Shown one piece after another: positions 41,007 through 55,085 of a stretch of 64,000 bases of DNA; positions within the stretch are counted from its first letter, which is position 1, and each line of letters begins with the position of its first letter. Source of the stretch: the human T2T-CHM13v2.0 reference genome, Homo sapiens. The translations under genes and the position numbers were made by a program. The stretch is taken from NCBI RefSeq assembly GCF_009914755.1, contig NC_060947.1; one strand, written 5' to 3'. The notes under the pieces are model-generated. The model did not search any database and was not told the origin of the DNA. It worked only from the letters and a program-made list of their open reading frames with translations.

Positions 41007-41959
41007 TATGCCTTGGGAGTTCTAATAGTTCTAAAGCCACAGAATAACTTCTACCCATAGGCAGGGAAAATGAAATATCTTGCTTATTTTCATTCTTCTT
41101 TTGAGTCATAGAATCTTTTCAGGAGCTTCTTCAGACTGAGTAAATAGAAGAGAATTCTTGATTCCAAAACTCCATCATTACAAGCTACAATGGAAAAGCC
41201 AAATTCTGCTTGCACATACCCCATTGTTGTGCAAGTCATAAACAATTGATTGTTTCCTGAAGTCATAAACAATATCTGGGCCAAATTTGTAAGTACTTGA
41301 AACTGATTAAAAGTAGGCAATATTCCATCTTCAACCTTCTTCCCTCCAACTCAACTTTTGATGATGCTCTAGTTAAACTCCAGGCTTCCTGATGCACCTC
41401 CAATCTCTAAAATAAGTAAAGAAGGGGGATCTTCAGAAGACTTCAGATATCCAGCATACAAGAGATCAAAGAAAGACCAGAGCAGCAATTGTACTGTCCA
41501 GAGGAAAAACTGCTGAATGTACACTGCCATATCCAGAAGGAAAGCCACTAGATGAGAGAACTGAGCATACAGCACAGCTATATTGTTGACTAGTATTGGA
41601 AAAATTAAGGTCAATAAATAGGTTTCTGGAATGATGAGCCCGACGCCATATTACTTGCACCAGAGTTGGGACTTAACCAGCGTCAAAACAGTCCAAGACC
41701 CAGAATCATTAAACTTTTAGCCCATGTCAGGAAGCACCAAACTTTTGGGGCTATTAATTGATGTGTTATGTTTCTGTGCATAAATTTTACTGTCTAGTAA
41801 GACTAACTCCTGGTCTTCGGGTATCTTGCCTGCAATTTTTATTGTAAGCTCTCTGCTCCCTCTTAGGCCAAAATGTATGGCCTCAGCATCAGATGTTATT
41901 TATTGTTGGTGCTTCTATCCACTAAGGAAAGATAGAAATATAAAAGCAATCCTGGCTCT

Positions 41960-42750
41960 CTGACTTTCCCTCATAACCCCCTCCTTTCTCCTTTTCCCTC
42001 TCTCCAATAAATTAGCCAATTTTTTTCTCTGTCCAATATATCATCATGGTTAATCAATTGTGCTTCTTGGTATCTCTTAATTTTTTTCATTTTAATATAA
42101 TTCCATTGTCCTGACTCAGATCCTTGTCTTGCTAGGCTTCCTGCAGCTGCCCTCCATATATTTCTGCTTCCCCATGACAACAATTTCTTCTCATATTCAT
42201 TCTGAACACAGCTACCAATATTATTATTCCTAATTTGCAAATTTGATCATCAATTATCTGCCTAAAATCTTTATTATTTTTCCACTGACCTGAGAGAAAG
42301 TCCAACTTCTGAATATGTCATAAAGGTCCTCATTTTCCTGTCTTGGTCTGACAATTTAGCTAATCTCTTCACACTTTATACACCAGTAATTAAAACGTGC
42401 TATCCTTATTGTTTTACAACTGTTAGCAGTTGCTGTTCTCGCTGTCAAGAATGTTTATTTCCTTTCACTCACTTAGAAAAGCTCCTATTCATTCTTTAAA
42501 ACCCAAACATACACATGACCTCATCAATGAAACCTATTTTCACTTCCTCCACCAAATTAAATCACTCTCCCTTCAAAATTCTAAAACTACACACATATGG
42601 TACTTCTGTGTAGCTCAACTGTTTGTTACACATTAATGACAAATCAGTTCTTTAAAAGGCATCCATACTTGTATCCCCAACATCAAATAACATGTCTGAC
42701 ATTTAATAAGCACTGAATACTTGAATTAACTATTGAATTGAATTGACTAC
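41960..42750 (+). mobile_element. L2 3' part
   Basis: Pyrimidine-rich L2 body ending ttgtatccccaacatc...taataagcactgaatacttg...tgaattgaattga. Confidence 0.7.
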
Positions 42751-43396
42751 TCTCGAGAACACTAATGATTGTTAGGGTTTCCTGAATCAGGAGTACAAAT
42801 TCATCTTGGATTTTTTTAATACTGCTAGTCTTGATTGAGGGAAGATGATCATTAAGTTTAAAACAGACTTCCCTCTGTGAAGAAAATATCTGCAGTCAGA
42901 AATAATAAATAAACTCACAAGTCTATAAAGGAAACTGGGTGGTCTGGTGCTTTTGTTCTCACCCAAAGACCTGCTGAGATTTGATTCGGAGGGGGAAGAT
43001 GATTGGTTTTCTTGCTTAAGTTAAACGAGGCATCAAATAAATGTCAAAACCATGATATAGTCTTAGATTCTTCACGTCACACCAATAAAGTTACTATCCT
43101 TCCATCTCCCTTAGAACAAATGCAAGAAAGCCTGCTGTGGGCCCCCAACAAAACAGTGACTGTAAATTTACACGGTTCCTTAAACTTCCAAACTGTGTAT
43201 TGAAAGTGAATAAATGCCCTGTAATTACACACATGTAAGCAGATTATTTTCATCAATAATGGTTTTATATTTTAAGAGAAGTATTTTTCCATCCAGAATT
43301 TAGTCACAATGTCTTATATCTGAAATGTTTAAATATAAACATTTAATAATTAAGACTACGATTAGAAGGCCTTATAGTATTAGCAAACAGTTATTA

Positions 43397-43478
43397 TAAA
43401 GAGATACATTTATATCAACCCAAACTAAACTTCCAGTTAAAGAGATACATTAATATCAACCCACACTAAACTTCTAGG
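43397..43478. repeat. 41-bp tandem duplication
   Basis: taaagagatacatt(t/a)atatcaaccca(a/c)actaaacttc(c/t)ag occurs twice in tandem. Confidence 0.92.
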
Positions 43479-43749
43479 ACTTCAGAGGGAAAAAAAATAA
43501 AACATGACAAAATGCAAAAGATACACAAAGTACTTACTTTAGCTTTGTACCAGTGAAGGTAACAGTCTATTGTACAGATTGAAATAAGGAAAGCAATGAA
43601 AGAATAAAACTTTTCAACTGATACAACAAGCTGTCTGTTAATGCTGGTTGAACTCATGGGCAAATACTACTACTGCGCATTTCCACTTAATGAGACAGGT
43701 TTATTTTAACACTGTCACCACTGGTTTTGTTCACTAAGACCATGAAAAT

Positions 43750-43935
43750 TTTAGCATGCATATGTACACTTGAGTTGAGAGTCAGGAGACTTCTTAAAGT
43801 GTGCACTCCTGGCCCCTGTTTCAAAAGATTATTAAGTAGTTGGAATAGGTTGGAACCAGGAATCTCTATTTTATGAACTGAGTTGAAGATTCTGATGTGG
43901 AAATTCTTCATACAAAACTTTCAGAAACTCTAGTT
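43750..43935. mobile_element. MER5-like hAT-Charlie
   Basis: ttttagcatgcat...aaccaggaatctctatttt...gattctgatg...ctttcagaaactctag. Confidence 0.55.
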
Positions 43936-44659
43936 TAAGTAGGCAGAGTTTCAGGGCTTATTTTGTGCAGAATAAACCTAGTATATTCTTATTGTCCTAT
44001 ACCCTTTTCTTTTCTCTCTCAAAACTTTCTGGCTTAGTGATAACTTGTATGACGTATTTGTCCCATTAGTCTTAGGACACAAAGGCATCTTTCCATAAGT
44101 TTAAAGATTCTATAGACTTTAATCCTGCTCAGAAACCAGAGAAACAGTTGACCCTTTAAAGGGTACAGGGGCAAAACAACTTGGCCCAATTAGAGAGGTA
44201 TGCAATCTTCCAGAAGCACCTGAAGAATTGCCACTTTCTCCTTGGAATCAATTGTGCCAAACAGACTTCATTAAACCAGTTAAAATCACTTACATTGGTT
44301 TCATTAGGATTTACCCACACTCCTGGAATTTGACTTGAGCTGAGCTAGCTTTTCCTATGTGAAAATTTGATGAGCCATTTGAATCGCAGTATTCAATTTC
44401 TGTTTTCTCACCTCTTTGAACACATCTTTAGCCTTTTCTCCCTTATGAGAAGATTATTACGCACAAGAACCAGGGCATAATTTATATGATTTCACTGTAA
44501 CAGCAAATCTCTATTGTGATTCCAAGAAATTCACGAGTGCTTTGGAATTAGTGCAATGAGTATGTGATCTCATATTTATTTACTCCTAGTGCTGTCATCA
44601 TACTGATAAATTCTGTCTACACAAGAAAACATTTATATTGTTCAAATGTCTGCAGATAA

Positions 44660-45578
44660 TTTTTTTTCCTTACAACTTTAATATTGGATTGAAGGGGTAC
44701 ATGTGTCATTTGTTACATGGGTAAATTGCTTGACATGGGGGTTTGGTGTACAGATAATTTTGTCACCCAGGTAATACCCAATAGTTAGTTTTTCAATCCT
44801 CACCTTCCTCCCACTTTGCAATCTCAAGTAGACCCCAGTGTCTATTGTTCCCTTCTTTGTGTCAATGTGTACTCAATGTTTAACTCCCACTTACAAGTGA
44901 GAACATGCAATATTTGGATTTCTGTTCCTATGTTAGTTTGCTTAGGATGGAGCTCCAGCTCCATCCATGTTTCTGCAAAGGACATGATTTCATTCTTCTT
45001 TATTGTTGTGTAGTATTCCATCATATATATGTACCATGTCTTTATGCAGTCCACTGTTGATGCGCATCTTGGTTGATTCCATGTCTTTGCTATTGTGAAT
45101 AGCACTGTGATGAACATACGCATGCATGTGTCTTCGTGGTAGCATGATTTATTTTCTTTTGGGTATATACCCAGTAATGAGGTTGCTGGTTCAAGTAGTA
45201 ATTCTATTTTAAGTTCTTTCAGAAATCTCCAAACTACTTTCCACAGTGGCTGAATTAATTTACATTCCCACCAGCAGTGTACAAGCAATCCTTTTCCTTC
45301 ATAACCTTGCTAGCATCTGTTATTTTTTTACTTTTTAATAGCCATTCTGACTGGTGTGAGTTGATATCTCATTGTGGTTTTGATTTGCATTTCCCTAATG
45401 ATTAGAGCTATTGAGCATTTTTTCATATACTTGGTGGCTGCATGTACATCTTCTTTTGAGATGTGTCCGTTCATGTACTTTGCCCATTTCTAATGGGGTT
45501 GTTTGTTTTGCTTCATTTGTTTAAGTTCTCTTGTTATACCTTTGTCACGTTCATAGTTTCCAAATATTTTCTCCCATA
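44660..45578 (-). mobile_element. L1PA15/16-like 3' end
   Basis: ggggtacatgtg...ttgttacatgggtaaattgc...tttggtgtacagataattttgtcacccaggtaata; ORF2 C-terminal peptide [14 protein letters not shown] on the minus strand. Confidence 0.9.
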
Positions 45579-45829
45579 TATCAAATGAACAAACATTCTG
45601 CCATAGAAGGTTTGGCTCTGTTTCAGAATGGTTGGCTGATATCAGCATCCATACTTATTTTTCATTACCCTTTACTCTCTAAAGAAGACTTAATTTCATA
45701 TGATTACTTAGCATTCCTGATTTGATCTACTTCAGTCTACACCTACCTCACTTAGTTAACATATTTGTATAGTATTTCTTGCCAGTTAAGTTAAAATATC
45801 TGCCAAATCTTTTCCAAACTACTATTTTC

Positions 45830-47000
45830 TGCATTCAACACATATATCCTAACCGAGAACTTGCCTGACCTGGTGCTAGGTGCTAGGGTCACAGTTAAGA
45901 AGTGCAGTGCTGATCAAGAAATGGGTTGAATTTTAAAGAAGGCAAAAGAATAAATACATAATGACCTTCTGTGTGGCGGATGCTCTGAGAGAGATTCAGA
46001 CACATGGTGTAATGGAATGATGTAGGAAGAGCAATAGGGATTGCTAATAAAAGGTCAAATCTCCTTAAATTTACATGATATCTGAATTATATCTTATAGG
46101 ACTAGTAGCAACTCACCAATGGAATGAGGGCATGAATTTTATTCTAGGCCAAGTAAAGAATGCGTGCCACAATAGAGATGCATAAAAGAGCTTCTAAAAA
46201 TCAGGGATCAGTAAGCAAAACATTTTGGCTCAGTCATCACGATCTGGGGTAGAAGACGTAGAGGTCTGAGTACTTTAGCAAAAGATGAAGAGATGGGGCC
46301 ACAGAGGTAATAAGTGGCCTTGTCTATCATGCCTAAGAGCTGAACTAGATCTTCTACACAATGCACACTCCATGTGATTTTAGTAAAAAGAACAAAATGA
46401 TTTGATTTTTAGAATTATCATACTAGCAGAGGTGTGAATAATAGATTGTAGTGAAGTTAATTGTCCCACTTATGGAGTGGTGGCATTAATTAGGTGAAAC
46501 ATGTATAAACTCCTGAAATACAGCCGTGGTAGTTGCATGTATATTGTATGGATACAGATTCAAGAAATAATAAAGAAGCAGGGTCGAGCAAATTTGGTGA
46601 CTGCTTGGAAAATTTAAAGACAGCCCCAAATATATAATTTAGGTGAGTGTATGGATCGTGGGAGCCTCCACTGTCATAAGGAATGCAGTATAACTAGTTT
46701 GTCACAGTAAAGGGAGAGATGATAATTCAGATGGGATGCCTGAGAGCTGAGATTCCACAGTCAATTTTTAGTGGCAATGTCAATCTACCTATAATAAAAT
46801 ATCAAGTATGCTTCTAAAATTAGAATTAAGATGCTACCTGAAGTCAAAGAAGTACAAAGTATTTCCTGTAAAAGTATGTTCCATGGTAATAGATGAGGAA
46901 GATGGATAGAATCCCTTGGCACAGGAGTAATTACAAAGGAGAAAGAGGGAAAGAAGAGAGCAAAGATAACCAAGACACGAAAAAAAAGGGGTAGAAAGAC
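45830..47000 (-). mobile_element. L2 fragments
   Basis: cattcaaca...ggtgctaggtgctaggg tail, then decayed L2 body (aaatttggtgactgcttgga). Confidence 0.6.
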
Positions 47001-47109
47001 AATAAACATTTTTTAATAGCCCTATTTTTTCTCCCCTACTCACCCAAGAGAGCCTCTGGGGAAGAGCTAAGCAGCCATTTGCCTCAGCTGAGTACAGTTT
47101 GATGTTATA

Positions 47110-47500
47110 TCAATAATAGTAGCTAATGCAGCAATTACCAGGTACTAGGCACTACTCCAAGAACCAAACATATCTTAACATAGTCAGTCTTTTCAATAAA
47201 TGTATAAAGAAAGTATATTACATTCATATACGAGAATATCACACAACTAGCAAATGTCAGGCATGAGATTCAAATTTTGGCCCTCTGTCTCCAGGGTCTG
47301 TGTGTTTGATAATTAAAGGATACTACTTCTTCAGTTTGAACATCACTTATCTAATGTAAACACATTGTGCCTAAGGGGGAAACAAGGCCATGAGACGTTT
47401 AATAACTTTTCCAGTGTCACAGTGCATTGTAGTAGCAGAGTTAGATTTAAAACCCATTTCAAGAACTCCTACTAGAGTATTGTGGCCTATGAGCTACCAT
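47110..47500 (-). mobile_element. Two MIR fragments
   Basis: taccaggtactaggcactactcc...gagattcaaatttt and ggaaacaaggccatgagacgtttaataactttt...gtcacagt. Confidence 0.6.
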
Positions 47501-48336
47501 GCAATTGAAATGTGAAGACTAGCAGTCTTTACTTTTTTTAATCCTTGTTATTTATTATTTTATTAAATAAAAGTCATTAGTTTTCACATTTTCAACTTCT
47601 TCCTGAGATTTGTTTTTTCTTTTAAGTCCTTTGAGTGTCTCTCCCATTCTACCCAGTTACCCTTCCAAAGCAATGTTGTTTTCCAAATTATCCAGCAAAA
47701 ATATATGTTTCAATTTATCTAACAGTGGACATTAATGACAGATGCTTTACTGAAGGATGAAATGCAGAAATAAATGAAAGAGTAGTGTTGAAATTGAACA
47801 ATGCATATGTAATGAATGAAGGAACAAAGTAACAGTTCAACGTAATGCCGTTAGTAAGTGCCAGAAGATGATTCTCCATCTAATGGAACAAAAACTATTC
47901 TTCCACTTAGGGAAAATGAAGTATATTTTGTTCCCTAGAGTATTCTCATAAATATTAGCTATTGGACACTTTAAAGATAATATAATGATAGAGTGATGCT
48001 TCACATGTACACATATAGTCATTTATAACTCTTGCTGGCCTTATAATATGTGTGTGCATATGCGTATGTATATTTTCCCACAATAGTTATGATGATGCAA
48101 AGATACACACACGAACACAACTTTGCATAGTATTCAATTTGTAGCTAATAGGAGTAAAAGAAATACAAAGATTTCTAATATATATATGTAATCAATATCT
48201 GATTGTATATTTAAAAAGAACAAACACTGTTTTGAAATAATGATTATTAAAAATGGGAAACGGCACATATGCTCATATATTATTTCATAGCTGTACAGAA
48301 ACTCTGGAATCCTAGAACTTGAAATTTTGAAATGTA

Positions 48337-48657
48337 CAGTCTTCCCACAGTACTCATGGGGAATTTGTTCAACGAACCCCCACAGATACCAAAACTCATG
48401 GATACTCAAGTCCCTTACATGAAATGGCGTAGTATTTGCATATAACTTACACACGTCCTCCTATATGCTTTAAACAATCTCTAGATTACTTATAATACCT
48501 AATACAAGTGCTGCATAAGTAGTTCTTATGCTGTATAATTTTAAAATTTGTGTTATTTTTATTGTTGTAGTTATTTTTATTGTGTTTCTGGAATATTTTT
48601 CATCTGTGATTGGTTGGATTCATGGATACTGAGCCTGAGGATATGAATGGTCAACTG
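48337..48657. mobile_element. MER2 (TcMar-Tigger)
   Basis: ta|cagtc...gataccaaaactcatggatactcaagtcccttac..aaatggcgtagtatttgcatataac...tctctagattacttataatacctaataca...caactg. Confidence 0.9.
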
Positions 48658-49379
48658 TGTTTTTCTTCTCCTATGCAATTGTTTTGTGGTATGCAATGCT
48701 TTTCATGAGATTTAATGTAGTAGAGCAGAGAATGAGTGGCAATCCTAAAGGGAAGTCTTGCAGAGCGCTTTAAATCCTACATATATGGAAAACAAACAGC
48801 TGAAGACTAGGAGATGAATCAACTTCTTTAAAAGACAAAAAAAAAAAAAAAAGTACAGATGTGTGTTAGACAAACAGCTTGACCAAATTTGGTTCTTAAG
48901 AAACACACACATGGTTGATATTAAATCGGCCGCCAGTGCACTGACACTCTGAAAGTAGGCCATGATTTCTAAATAATCTCACTCTATTTTTATATCAATT
49001 AATAAATCCTTCCAGGACTAAATGAATTGGATACAAAATAGCTGTGTATAGAGAACGGTTGAAGAAGCTTTTTTTCACCTTACATTTTGACAGAAAAGGG
49101 CAATGGTACTTCTGATAGATAAGCTGCCTGAGGGAATGCAAAGGGCTTAGATACTTGAACAAGCCCAAACTGCTGTCAAAGTGCCAGCCATGGGTATATT
49201 CCATGTTACAGGACAGAAAACAGTCCTAAAAGAAACATAGATGGTGTCTTCTGTTTCTTGTAATGATAAAGATACAGTTCACTTTACCAAATATAAAAAT
49301 AGTATTGAAGGAGTGGCCTCCATATACGAGAAAAGGAGAGAGAATCGCCAACCACATTAATTCCTGTTAATTCTTCTCA

Positions 49380-49470
49380 AAAGCATGCATATTTCAAAGC
49401 ATCGTGTTGTACACCATAAACGCATACAATTTTACCTGTCAATTTAAAAATAAAGTTAAATAGAAAAAAT
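49380..49470 (+). mobile_element. L1MA 3' tail fragment
   Basis: catcgtgttgtacaccataaacgcatacaattttacctgtcaatttaaaaataaa. Confidence 0.7.
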
Positions 49471-49686
49471 AGAAATGCATTTTGGTGCAAAGAGAACTAT
49501 GAAAAGATTACAAACTTTCTGACATGAATGATCTGCAAGAGAATCTCTTTCGTAAAGTTATTCAATTAGTTGCACTGGAAATTTTAAATTAAAAGATCTA
49601 ATGTTAATGAAATTGTTAAAAGTTTTTAGGAACCTGCTGAATTATACATCTAGCAAGAGGTGGACAAGGAAGTCAAGTATTTAAGT

Positions 49687-49865
49687 AGAGTCATCCTCAA
49701 ACTTTAGTATACATGAGAATCACCCAGCGAGAAGTAAAAATCCAGTTTATCAGTACATAGCCCCCAGACCAACTAAATCAAAACCTCTTTCAGTGAGACC
49801 CAGGCGTTACTATTTTTAAAACTTCCCTGGTAATTCCAGTGTGCAGTTGAGTTTAAGAACTGCTG
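49687..49865. mobile_element. MER5A
   Basis: ctcaaactttagtatacatgagaatcacc...ccccagaccaactaaatcaaaacctc...ccctggtaattccagtgtgcag...tttaagaactgctg. Confidence 0.8.
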
Positions 49866-50674
49866 TTTTACTACAGTTGAAAGGTTTCTTTTAGTGATAT
49901 TCTGGTACAGGTTAAAGAAAGAGATTAAATGTTACAATCAGGTCAAAGCGAGTTAGGTGTCTTAAAGCATTTCCCTAAGGCTTATGTGTTCCCTTTTTTT
50001 TTGTCTTTTAAGTAGGATGATGATACATACCCCATTAGGTAACTGTGAAACTTAAATTAAGGTTAATGTACACAGTAATTGAAACCTGACAGTTATTAAG
50101 AAGTGTAATTATTTTTCTCCTCTTCATACATTTATACTGTCACTCATGAAAGTGCTTTCATTACATTTGTCCTTAATTTATTTCATTTCCTCTTCTTTTC
50201 TTCTTGTTCCTCCTTCACCTCACTTAAGCCCTCCTCCACATGCATTTTACCTTTTCTCCCCTTTCTTTCTGATTCTATCTTCTGTATTTGCCCTTCTTTC
50301 TTTGCTTAAGTTCAGTGTCACTGATGGGACTTTGAAATGAAGACTTTGAGAACTTGTTTTCAGGTATTCTGTGATTGTTTCAGGTATTTTAATCCCAAAT
50401 TAAGATTGGTTTTACTTCAGCAGATAGCATTTTTCTTCCTCCAGCTTTCGTAACAGCCAATCCCCAAATAACATACACAAATTATTTCCCGTATATGCTT
50501 TGGCCACTGGATGGTGCTCAGAGTACACATTCGGTGTTCCATGATTAAGTTACTTCATCCTACTGAGTTAAAATGTATCCAGAAACCATACAACATTTAA
50601 CAACTTTTGAGAAGGCACTGGTAAGATGGGGAGACTTAATTTGAGGAAAGTATACCTGAGTATAATATTAGCTA

Positions 50675-51053
<379 letters not shown>

Positions 51054-51492
51054 AAGAAAATAATTGGCTTGGTGGTAATAGGAACATAGCTAAGAATTGT
51101 GTCTTTGCAGTGTTATTTCTGTGATAACACATGTGAATTTTGGAATAAAATGGCTACATTCAAAACCCTTCACCTAAATTTACTACTGCTATCAGTTAGG
51201 ATATTTAATAGGGCTACATAGCAACCATACTGCTGCTCAAAAAAGAGTGGCATACATTTTCAGTTCAGATTTAAATATATAATTTTTGTTTTCTATAAAT
51301 AGTTTTACAAGACCTTATGCATGGGTTCAGAAAAGAAAAACTGATGATTAACAAAGGAACTGAACAGAACACTATCAATCAGAGCAAGCCTGGATTGCTG
51401 AAGTGAACTGATGAAGTCACTGGAGAAATACAGCCTAGGAAGTATTTCTAGGTTTTATGTCTGAATTGTAAGCAATTAAAAAAAATAATGGG

Positions 51493-51802
51493 GGCCGGGC
51501 GTGGTGGCTCACACCTGTAATCCCAGCACTTTGGGAGGCCGAGGCAGGCAGATCACGAGGTCAGGAGTTTGAGACCAGCCTGGCCAACATAGTGAAACCC
51601 CGTGTCTACTAAAAAATACAGAAAATTAGCCGCGCATGGTGGCAGGCACCTGTAATCCCAGCTACTCGGGAGGCTGAGGCAGGAGATTGCTTGAACTGGG
51701 AGGCAGAGGATGCAGTAAGCCGAGATTGTGCCATTGCACTCCAGCCAGGGTGACGGTGAAAGACTCGGTCTCAAAAAAATAAAATAAATAAAAATAAAAA
51801 TA
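51493..51802 (+). mobile_element. AluS (Sg/Sx-like), full length
   Basis: ggccgggcgtggtggctcac...gatcacgaggtcaggagtttgag; TSD aaaaaataatg. Confidence 0.94.
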
Positions 51803-52091
51803 AAAAATAATGAAAAAGACTAAATATTTTCTTTTATTAACTTCCTTAAAAAAAAGTTGCCATCCCATCATAGACAATGCTGATGTAAGATCACTGCATA
51901 ATACCTGGAAGCAAATCAGAAGCAACAGGACATGTGTTGGATTACAAAAGAAATAACAACTATGTCTAACTAAAACTTGCCTAAGGCATCTTTTTAACTT
52001 CTAATGTGAGAACATAGATTTTAATATCTGATGCCACCGTATAAAGTCCCTCACTTCTTTAATTCACATATATAATAAATAATAATGTTTT

Positions 52092-55085
52092 CTCAAAAAA
52101 TACAAAAGATAAATGAAACAAAGAGCTGATAATTTGAAAAGATAAAATTGATAGACTGTTAGATTAACAAAGTAATGAAGACAGAAGATCCAAATAAGCT
52201 CAATTAGAAACAAAACTGGACATATTACAACTGATACCACAGAAATAGAAAAGATGATTCAAGTCTACTCTAAACACCTTCATGAGCACAAAATAGAAAA
52301 TCTAGAGATGCATACATTCCTCAAAACATACAATCCTCCTAGATTAAATGAGGAAGAAATAGAAACACTGAACAGACCAATAACAAGCAGCAAGATTGAA
52401 TCAGTAATTTTAAAAATGCCAACAACAGCAACAAAAAGGCCAGGACCAGATGGATTCACAGGTGAGTTCTATCAGACATTCAAAGAACAGTTGGTACCGA
52501 TCCTACTGAAACTATTCGAAAAGATAGAGAAAGAGAGAATCTTCCCCAAATCATTCTATGAGGCTAATATTACCCTAATAGCAAAACCAGGAAAGGACAT
52601 AACAACAACAACAAAAACTACAGGCCAATATTACTGATAAATATAGATGCAAAAACCCTAAAAAAATACTAGCTAACTGAATCCAACAGCATATAAAAAA
52701 GATAATACATCATGATCAAGTGGGTTTCATACCAGAGATGCATGGATGGTCTAACCACGTACAAGTCAGTAAATGTGATCTATCACATAAACAGAATTTT
52801 TAAAAAATCATATGATCATTTCAATAGATGCAGAAAAAGCATTTGATAAAATCCAGGATCCCCTTATGATAAGAACCCTCAACAAAATTGGCATAGAAGG
52901 GGCACACCTCAAAGTAATAAAATCCACCTATGACAAGCCCATATCCAACATTATACTGAATGGGGAAAACTTGAAAGTATTTACCCTGAGAAGTGGAACA
53001 AGACAAGGATGCCCAATTTTACCACTACAATTCAACATAGTACTGGAAGTCCTAGCCAGTGTGACCAGACAAGAGAAAGAAATAAAATGCATCTAAATTT
53101 AAAAAGAGGAAGTCAAACTGTCCCTGTTCACTGATGATATGATCATATAGCTGGACAACCCTAAAGAATCATCCAAAAAGCTCCTAGACATGATAAATTA
53201 ATTCAGTAAAGTTTCAGGATACAAAATGAATGTACACACATCAGTAGCACTGCTATACGCCACCAACTAAGCTGAGAATCAAATCAAGAACTCAATCCCT
53301 TTTACAACAGCTGTAAAAAATAAAATAAAATACTTAGTAAGAAACTTAACCAAGGAGGTGAAAGATCTCTACAAGGAAAACTACAAAACACTACTGAAAG
53401 AAATCATAGATGACACAAGCAAATGAAAACACATCCCATGCTTACAGATGGGTAGAATCAATATTGTTAAACTGACCATACTGCCCAAAGCAATCTATAC
53501 ATTCAATGCAATTCCTATCAAAATGCCATCATCATTCTTCACGTAACTAGAAAAAAACCTTAACATTCATATAGAACCAAAAAGACCTTTCATAGCCAAA
53601 GCAATATTAAGCAAAAAGAAAAATGAGGAAGCATCACATTATCCAACTTCAAATTATACTACAAAGCTCTAGTTACCAAAACAGCATAGTACTGATATAA
53701 AAATAGGCACATAGACCAATGGAACATAGTAGAGAACTCAGAAATAAAGCCAAATATTTATATCCAACTTATCTTTGACAAAGCATGCAAAAACATAAGG
53801 TGAGTAAAGGACACCCTATCCAATAAATGGTGGTGGGAAAACTGGCAAGCCAAATATAGAAGAATGAAACTACATCCTTATCTCTAACCTTATACAAAAA
53901 TCAACTCAAGATGGATCAAAGACTCAAATCCAAGTCCTGAAACGATAAAAATTATAGAAGATAACATTGGAAAAACTCTTCTAGACATTGGCTTAGGCAA
54001 GGAATTCATGGCTAAGAACCTGAAAGCAAATGTAACAAAAACAAAAATGAATAAATGGGATCTAATTAAACTAAAAAGCTTCTGCAGAGCAAAAGAAATC
54101 ATCAGCAGAGTAAACAGACAACCTATAGAGTGGGAGAAAATATTCACAAACTATGCATCCTAAAAAGGACTAATAGCCAGTATCTACAAGGAACTCAAAT
54201 AAATCAGCAAGAAAAAAACAAATAATCCCATCAAAAATTGGGCAAAGTACATGAATAGACAATTCTCAAAAGAAGATATAAACAGCCAACAAACATATGA
54301 AAAAATGCTCAACATGACTATCAGGTAAATGCAAATTAAAACCACAAAGAGATACCACCTTACTCTTGCAAGAATGGCCATAATTAAATCGTCAAAAAAT
54401 AATATATTTTGGACTGGATGTGGGGAGAAGGGAACACTTTTACACTGCTGGTGGGACTGTAAACTAGTAAAACCACTATGAAAAACAGTATGGAGATTCC
54501 TTAATGAACTAAAAGCAGAACTACTATTTGATTCAGCAGTCCCGCTACTGGGTATCTACCCAAAGGAAAATAAGTCATTATATGAAAAAATACACTAATA
54601 TACACATGTTTATAGCAACACAATTTGCAGTTGCAAAATTACCAAACCAGTCTACATGCTCATCAACCAACAAGTGGATAAAGAAAATGTAGTATATATG
54701 CATTATTATGGAATACTTCTTAGCCATAAAAAGGCACAAAATAATGGCTTTTGCAGCAACTTGGATGGAGCTGGAGGCCATTATTCTAAGTGAAGTAGGA
54801 ATCGACAACTGAATATTGTATGTTCTCACTTATAAGTGAGAGCTAAGCTATGAGCATGCAAAGGCAGAAGAATGATACAATGGACTTTGGGGACTCAGGG
54901 GGAAGTGTGGAAGGGAGGTGAGGAATGAAAGACTACACATTGGGTAGTAGTAAAATGCTCAGGTGACAGGTGCACCAAAATCTCAGAAATCACCACTAAA
55001 GAACTTATCCATGAAACCAAAAAACTACCTGTACCCCCAAAACTATTGAAATAAAAATAAATTTTAAAAAAAGATAAAAAATAAG
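52092..55085 (+). mobile_element. L1PB (PB2/PB3-like) 5'-truncated, ORF2 to 3' end
   Basis: ORF2 peptides ([34 protein letters not shown]); 3' end gacaggtgcaccaaaatctcagaaatcaccactaaagaactt...ctattgaaataaaa. Confidence 0.93.

Noticed and set aside
43538-43566. TCR/Ig J-segment-like peptide TVTFTGTKL before a splice donor
   Set aside because: It lacks the F/W-G-x-G motif and I see no recombination signal heptamer/nonamer.
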